Positions 59,359 through 64,000 of a stretch of DNA of 64,000 bases are shown one piece after another (the stretch's first letter is position 1; every line of letters begins with the position of its first letter). This DNA comes from an uncultured Candidatus Rokubacteria bacterium. GTDB lineage: Bacteria; Methylomirabilota; Methylomirabilia; Rokubacteriales; CSP1-6. Made by a program: the position numbers and the translations under genes. The DNA lies in NCBI GenBank assembly GCA_963762145.1, contig CAVXJS010000019.1, positions 356,371 to 420,370 on the forward strand, written 5' to 3'. The notes under the pieces are model-generated. The model searched no databases, was not told the origin of the DNA, and was given only the letters and a program-made list of their open reading frames with translations.

Positions 59359-59421
59359 ACAGGATTTTCACGGATGTGCAAGATAAATCCTGTTCATCCT
59401 GCTTAATCTTGTTAATCCTGT
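59359..59421. repeat. ACAGGATT...AATCCTGT short palindromic intergenic repeat
   Basis: ACAGGATT at 59359; AATCCTGTTCATCCTG and TTAATCCTGT downstream. Confidence 0.55.
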
Positions 59422-59438
59422 GGCAACAAACCGTAACC

Positions 59439-61686
59439 ATGGACCATTCCATCGGCAAATCGGTTCCCCGCAAAGAAGGCCGCAAGAAAGTCACCGGCCA
59501 GGCGCTGTACGTCGATGATCTGTCGTTTCCGGACATGCTTCACGGCGTGACAGTGCGCAGCCCGGTTCCGCGCGGGCGAATCAAAAACATCTCGTTCGAA
59601 GGCGACATTCCCTGGGACGAGTTCACCATCGTCACCGCCAAAGACATTCCCGGCGAAAACTACGTCGCGCTGATTCTGAACGATCAGCCCTATCTCGCCG
59701 ACGAATTCGTCAATCACCCCGAAGAACCAATCGTGCTGCTGGCTCATCACGACAAATACCTGCTCGAAGAAGCGCGCCGCAACGTGCGCATCGAGATCGA
59801 AGAGCTGCCCGCGGTCTTTCACTCGAAGATTCGCTCGCACAAGAAAGAGATCATCTGGGGCGAAGACAACGTCTTCAAAAAGTTTCTGGTTGATAAAGGA
59901 AATGTCGACGACGCCTGGGCCAACGCTGACTTCATCGTCGAAGGCGAATACGAAACCGGCGCGCAGGAACAGCTCTACATCGAGAACAACGGCGCGATCG
60001 CCATCGCGAATCCAGACGAAGGCGTGACCGTTTGGGGCTCGATGCAGTGTCCTTACTACGTTCACAAAGCGCTGGTTAAGTTGTTTGGTCTGCCGGAAGA
60101 AAAGATTCGCGTGATTCAAACTGAAACCGGCGGCGGCTTTGGCGGCAAGGAAGAGTATCCGTCGCTGATTGCCGGCCACGCGGCGTTGCTCGCGTGGAAA
60201 TCCGGCAAGCCGGTGAAGATGATCTACGACCGCGCCGAAGACATGGTCGCGACCACCAAGCGCCATCCGTCGCGCACGCGTCACAAAACCGCCGTCACGA
60301 AAGACGGAAAACTTCTGGCGATGGAGATCGATTTCGTGATCGACGGCGGCGCGTACTGCACGCTGTCGCCGGTCGTGCTTTCGCGCGGAACGATTCACGC
60401 CGCCGGTCCTTACTTCTGTCCCAACGTGCGCATTCACAGCCAGCGCCGTGGCGACGAACGTGCCGCCGCACGGCGCGTTCCGAGGATTTGGCGCGCCGCA
60501 AAGCATCTTCGCGCTCGAGCGGCACATGGACAAAGTTGCGCACGCGGTTGGTCTGACGCCCGGAAGAGTTTCGCCGCCGCAACTTCATTCACGAAGGCGA
60601 AACGACGGCGACGAGCCAGGTGATTCGCGAAAACGTCGACATGGACGGACTGCTCGACTCGCGCGTTTGAGTTGACCGACTACCACGCGAAGCGCGAACG
60701 CTTTGCGCGCGAGAACATCGCGCAGCAACGGACGCTTCTCGAAAAAGCAGGCATCGGCTTCGCGTCGTTCATGCACGGCGCGGGCTTTACCGGTTCCGGC
60801 GAGGTTTATCTGCAATCGGTGGTCGGCGCTGAAGCGACTGCCGAAGGCCGGGTGCGAATTCTCGCCGCCAGCACCGAGATCGGCCAGGGAACCAACACGA
60901 TCTTTTCGCAGATTGCCGCCGAGGCGCTCGGTCTCGATTCGATCTGATCGAAGTCGTCCAGCCGGATACCGGCAACGTTCCCAACAGTGGGCCGACGGTC
61001 GCTTCGCGCACGTCGATGGTCGTCGGCAAGCTGGTTGAGTCGGCGGTGCTGGGTTTGAAGCAGACGCTTGATCGGCAGCGGCTTGTTGAACGGAGGAGTA
61101 CACGCAGTCAGAGTTTCAAGAAGCTGTGCGCGAATACATCGCGAAGTTTGGCCCGCTGAAAACTTCAGTCAAGTATCAGCCGCCGCCGAACGTTCATTGG
61201 GACGATGAAAAGTATCAGGGCGACGCGTACGGCGCTTATGCCTGGGCGGTTTACGTGGCTGAAGTTTCGTTTGACGAGTTGACTTACGAAGCGCACGTCG
61301 AGGATTTCGTGGCGGTGCAGGAAGTCGGGCGCGTGATCAATCCGGTGCTGGCGGCGGGACAGATCGAAGGCGGCGTGGCGCAGGCGATCGGGTTCACGTT
61401 GTTTGAAAACGTGGTCTGGAAAAACGGCCGCATGGCGAACAACCAGATGACCAACTACATCATGCCGACGCCCGCCGACATTCCGCCGATTCGCGTCTAC
61501 TTTGAAGAGAACCCGTACGCCTACGGCCCAGGCGGCGCGAAAGGAATCGGCGAGCTGCCGATGGACGGCGCCGCGCCGGCGATACTGAATGCGATCGAGA
61601 ACGCGACCGGCGTGAGTTTCAACCACGTCCCGTTGATGCCCGAGAAGATTGATGGAAGGATGTGCAGATCTACAGGATTCGCATGA
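59439..61686 (+). CDS. Xanthine dehydrogenase-family molybdopterin-binding subunit, frameshifts
   Basis: KVTGQALYVDD, QEQLYIE, TGGGFGGKE, KRHP, GAFRGFGAPQ, EIGQGTNT, VASRT, GQIEGG, GAKGIGE. Confidence 0.88.
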
Positions 61687-61716
61687 TTTATGCAGATCTG
61701 CAAATCTGTAATCGCA

Positions 61717-62179
61717 ATGTCTATGCAATCGAGCTTCAAGGTTAACGGCGAGGCGCGCAGCGTCGAGGTGTTTCCGATGGCGCGCCTGCTCGACGTGTTG
61801 CGGGAGCAGTTGCACTGACGGGCACGAAGGAAGGGTGTGGCGAAGGTGAGTGTGGCGCGTGCACGTTGATCATCGACGGGCAGATCGTGAACAGTTGTCT
61901 GGTGCCGGTGGCCCAGGTTGATGGCGCTGAGATCACGACGATCGAGGGTGTTGCCGGCAACGGACGAACTGCACGCAGTGCAGCAGGCGTTCATCGATCA
62001 CGGCGGCGCGCAATGCGGCATCTGTACGCCGGGAATGGTGCTGGCCGCAGTCGATCTGCTCAAGCGAAATCCCGCAACCAACTGAAGCTGAAATTCGCAA
62101 CGGCCTGGCCGGAAATCTTTGTCGCTGCACCGGCTACATGAAGATCTTCGAATCAGTAGTGCGCGCTTATCAGAAGTGA
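61717..62179 (+). CDS. 2Fe-2S subunit (CoxS/XdhC-like), frameshifts
   Basis: [41 protein letters not shown]. Confidence 0.87.
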
Positions 62180-63042
62180 GAGCCTTCATTCCAGATTACC
62201 AGTTAACAACGCCGGCGTTCGCTTGCGGACGCTCTCGCGCTGCTCAAGAACGAACCCGGCGTTTGGAAACCATTTGCCGGCGGCACAGATCTGATGGTCC
62301 TGCTCGAAGCCGGCAAGCTGGACCATCGCAACTACGTCAACATCTGGAGCTTGAACGAACTGCGTGGCATCGAAGTGACTGACGCACACATCACTCTCGG
62401 CGCGCTGACGACTTACACGGAAGTTCAGGCACAATCCGATTTTGCGCAGCGAGTTTCCGATGCTGTGTCAGGCCGCGAGTGAAACCGGCGGCCTCGCAAT
62501 TCAAAATCGCGGCACACTCGGTGGCAACATCGTCAACGCTTCACCGGCCGCAGATTCGCCTCCCGCCCTGCTCGCCTACGACGCCGAAATCGAATTGGTA
62601 TCGACGCGCGGCTCGCGCTGGCTTCCGTATCACGGTTTTCACACCGGCTACAAGCAGATGCACATCGCTCCGGACGAATTGCTGGCGCGAATTCGTCTGC
62701 CGCGCAACACCGCAGGCGCGACGCATTACTATCGCAAAGTCGGCACGCGAAAAGCGCAGGCGATTTCGAAAGTCTGTTTTGCTGCGGTCGCGCGAATTGA
62801 ACAGGGACAATCGACGGACATAAGAATCGCTGTCGGAAGTGTTGCGCCGATCGTCGTTCGCTGCGTGCAAACAGAAAACGCTTTGCGCGGACAAAAGCCC
62901 GACGCTGAAACCATTCAGGCAGCCTGCGCGAGCCTGTTGCGCGAGATCTCTCCCGATCGACGACATTCGCTCGACTGCAAAGTATCGTTTGCAGGTCGCG
63001 CAAAACTTGCTCACTGACTTTCTATCAACTTTAGAAACTTAG
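62176..63042 (+). CDS. FAD-binding subunit (CoxM/XdhB-like), frameshifts
   Basis: FAGGTDL, IQNRGTLGGNIVNASPAAD, KVGTRKAQAIS, PIDDIRSTAKYR. Confidence 0.87.
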
Positions 63043-63059
63043 CTCTCGTTTACTTGTAG

Positions 63060-64000
63060 ATGTTACCCCCACCGCGCACAGCTTTTTGGCGTTGGCCAAC
63101 TTTATTACTCCTCATCGCGTTAAGCGCAACTGTCTTAAGAGCGCAACCCACCGACTTCGAAGGATTCATGAGTGGAATCCGGGCCAACGCTGTTAAGGGC
63201 GCCGTGATTTATCAACGGGACAAAGGCAAGTTTATTCTGGAGCCGGGTCTGAGGTTGGAAGAAGGTGATTTCGTCTACACTGATGAAGGTTACACTGAAC
63301 TGCTGCTACAACCGGGAAACTTTTTGCGCGTCGGCAGCAATACTGAGTGCCAGATCTTCAGCGACGAGCATGACAAGACGCGACTCAAACTCAATCGAGG
63401 TACGATCAGTGTAGAGATCCTGGAACGAGGCGGTTCACCGAGTTTCTTCTATACTCATGAGCAAGCCAACGAGCTAATCCGCGTGATCACTCCGAATGCC
63501 GAAGTATTCATCACTCGACCAGGCATTTATCGAATTAACGTCCTCAACCGGCGATCGAACGGAGTTAATTGCCCGAGACGGTGAGGCGTTGATTAACGGT
63601 CACCGCGTCAAAGAGAAACGCCGCGGCGTGGTGGCAAATGGAAACGTCGCGATGGACGAAATCGATGTCCGTAATGAAGATGGATTTGATAAGTGGGCTC
63701 GAGAGCGCGCGGACAAACTCGTCAAAGCAAACAAATCGTTGAAGCGCGATACGTGGACCAAGAAAGCCAGGGCGGGCATGAATCCCGTAACTGTGGAAGC
63801 ACCAGAACAGGAATTGAACACTAACAAGGGACGTGTTATCTCGGCCAAACCCGGAACAGTAAACTTCGTGGAAGCCGGTGTGGAGTTTAGTCACGCCGGC
63901 GAGTGGAAACCACTGAATGAAAAGTCACAACTCGTGACTGGTGATTCGGTGCGGACCGGCAAGAGTAGTTTTGTCGAGCTGGTGCTCTTTCCTGACATGC
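63060..64000 (+). CDS. Exported FecR-domain-like protein, frameshifted and 3'-truncated
   Basis: Signal peptide; LEEGD.V.T..G..ELLL.PG.FLRVG.NT; ITPNA....RPG.YRINV; second repeat GDSVRTG..SFVELVL. Confidence 0.65.

Noticed and set aside
61814-61820. TGA in the 2Fe-2S subunit as possible selenocysteine
   Set aside because: The frame changes to LTGTKEGC at this point; a one-base deletion explains it.
58690-63042. Caspase domain plus xanthine dehydrogenase as a defence or signalling system linked to upstream genes
   Set aside because: The caspase gene is truncated at a probable chimeric junction and separated from the xdh genes by a repeat; no evidence of a functional link.
5925-63584. Widespread frameshifts as mass pseudogenisation or programmed frameshifting
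   Set aside because: They affect conserved genes in all three fragments, often at homopolymers or GC runs, with motifs intact; typical long-read indels.

Overview
Raw, indel-rich long-read-type sequence; many genes carry single-base frameshifts that are most likely read errors. It appears to be a chimera of three fragments. (A) 1 to ~56,920: very GC-rich bacterial DNA whose gene style suggests Ca. Rokubacteria/Methylomirabilota (inference). It is mostly housekeeping and metabolic genes: mrp, a TRAP transporter, amidase, carbamoyltransferase, corA, pncA, nucleoside hydrolase/rbsK, nagZ, threonine dehydratase, an M16 peptidase pair split by an ABC exporter, citrate synthase and dapF. It also holds two REP-like repeat families, a small lower-GC surface-sugar islet, a degenerate PEP-CTERM gene and a sigma-54-driven fkbH-ACP-MBOAT-SGNH-DUF218 cluster. 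(B) ~56,964-58,620: a PadR gene and an S9 peptidase, both truncated, starting right after a nanopore-adapter-like string. (C) ~58,690-64,000: lower-GC DNA with a caspase-like domain, a three-subunit xanthine-dehydrogenase-family enzyme and a FecR-like protein. Most notable: a SelW/Rdx selenoprotein (CxxU plus SECIS-like hairpin) missed by the ORF track, a Dlt-like putative glyceryl-transfer system, a DapF with both catalytic Cys replaced by Ser, and a membrane protein with two PmoC-like DxxxH(x12-13)H motifs.
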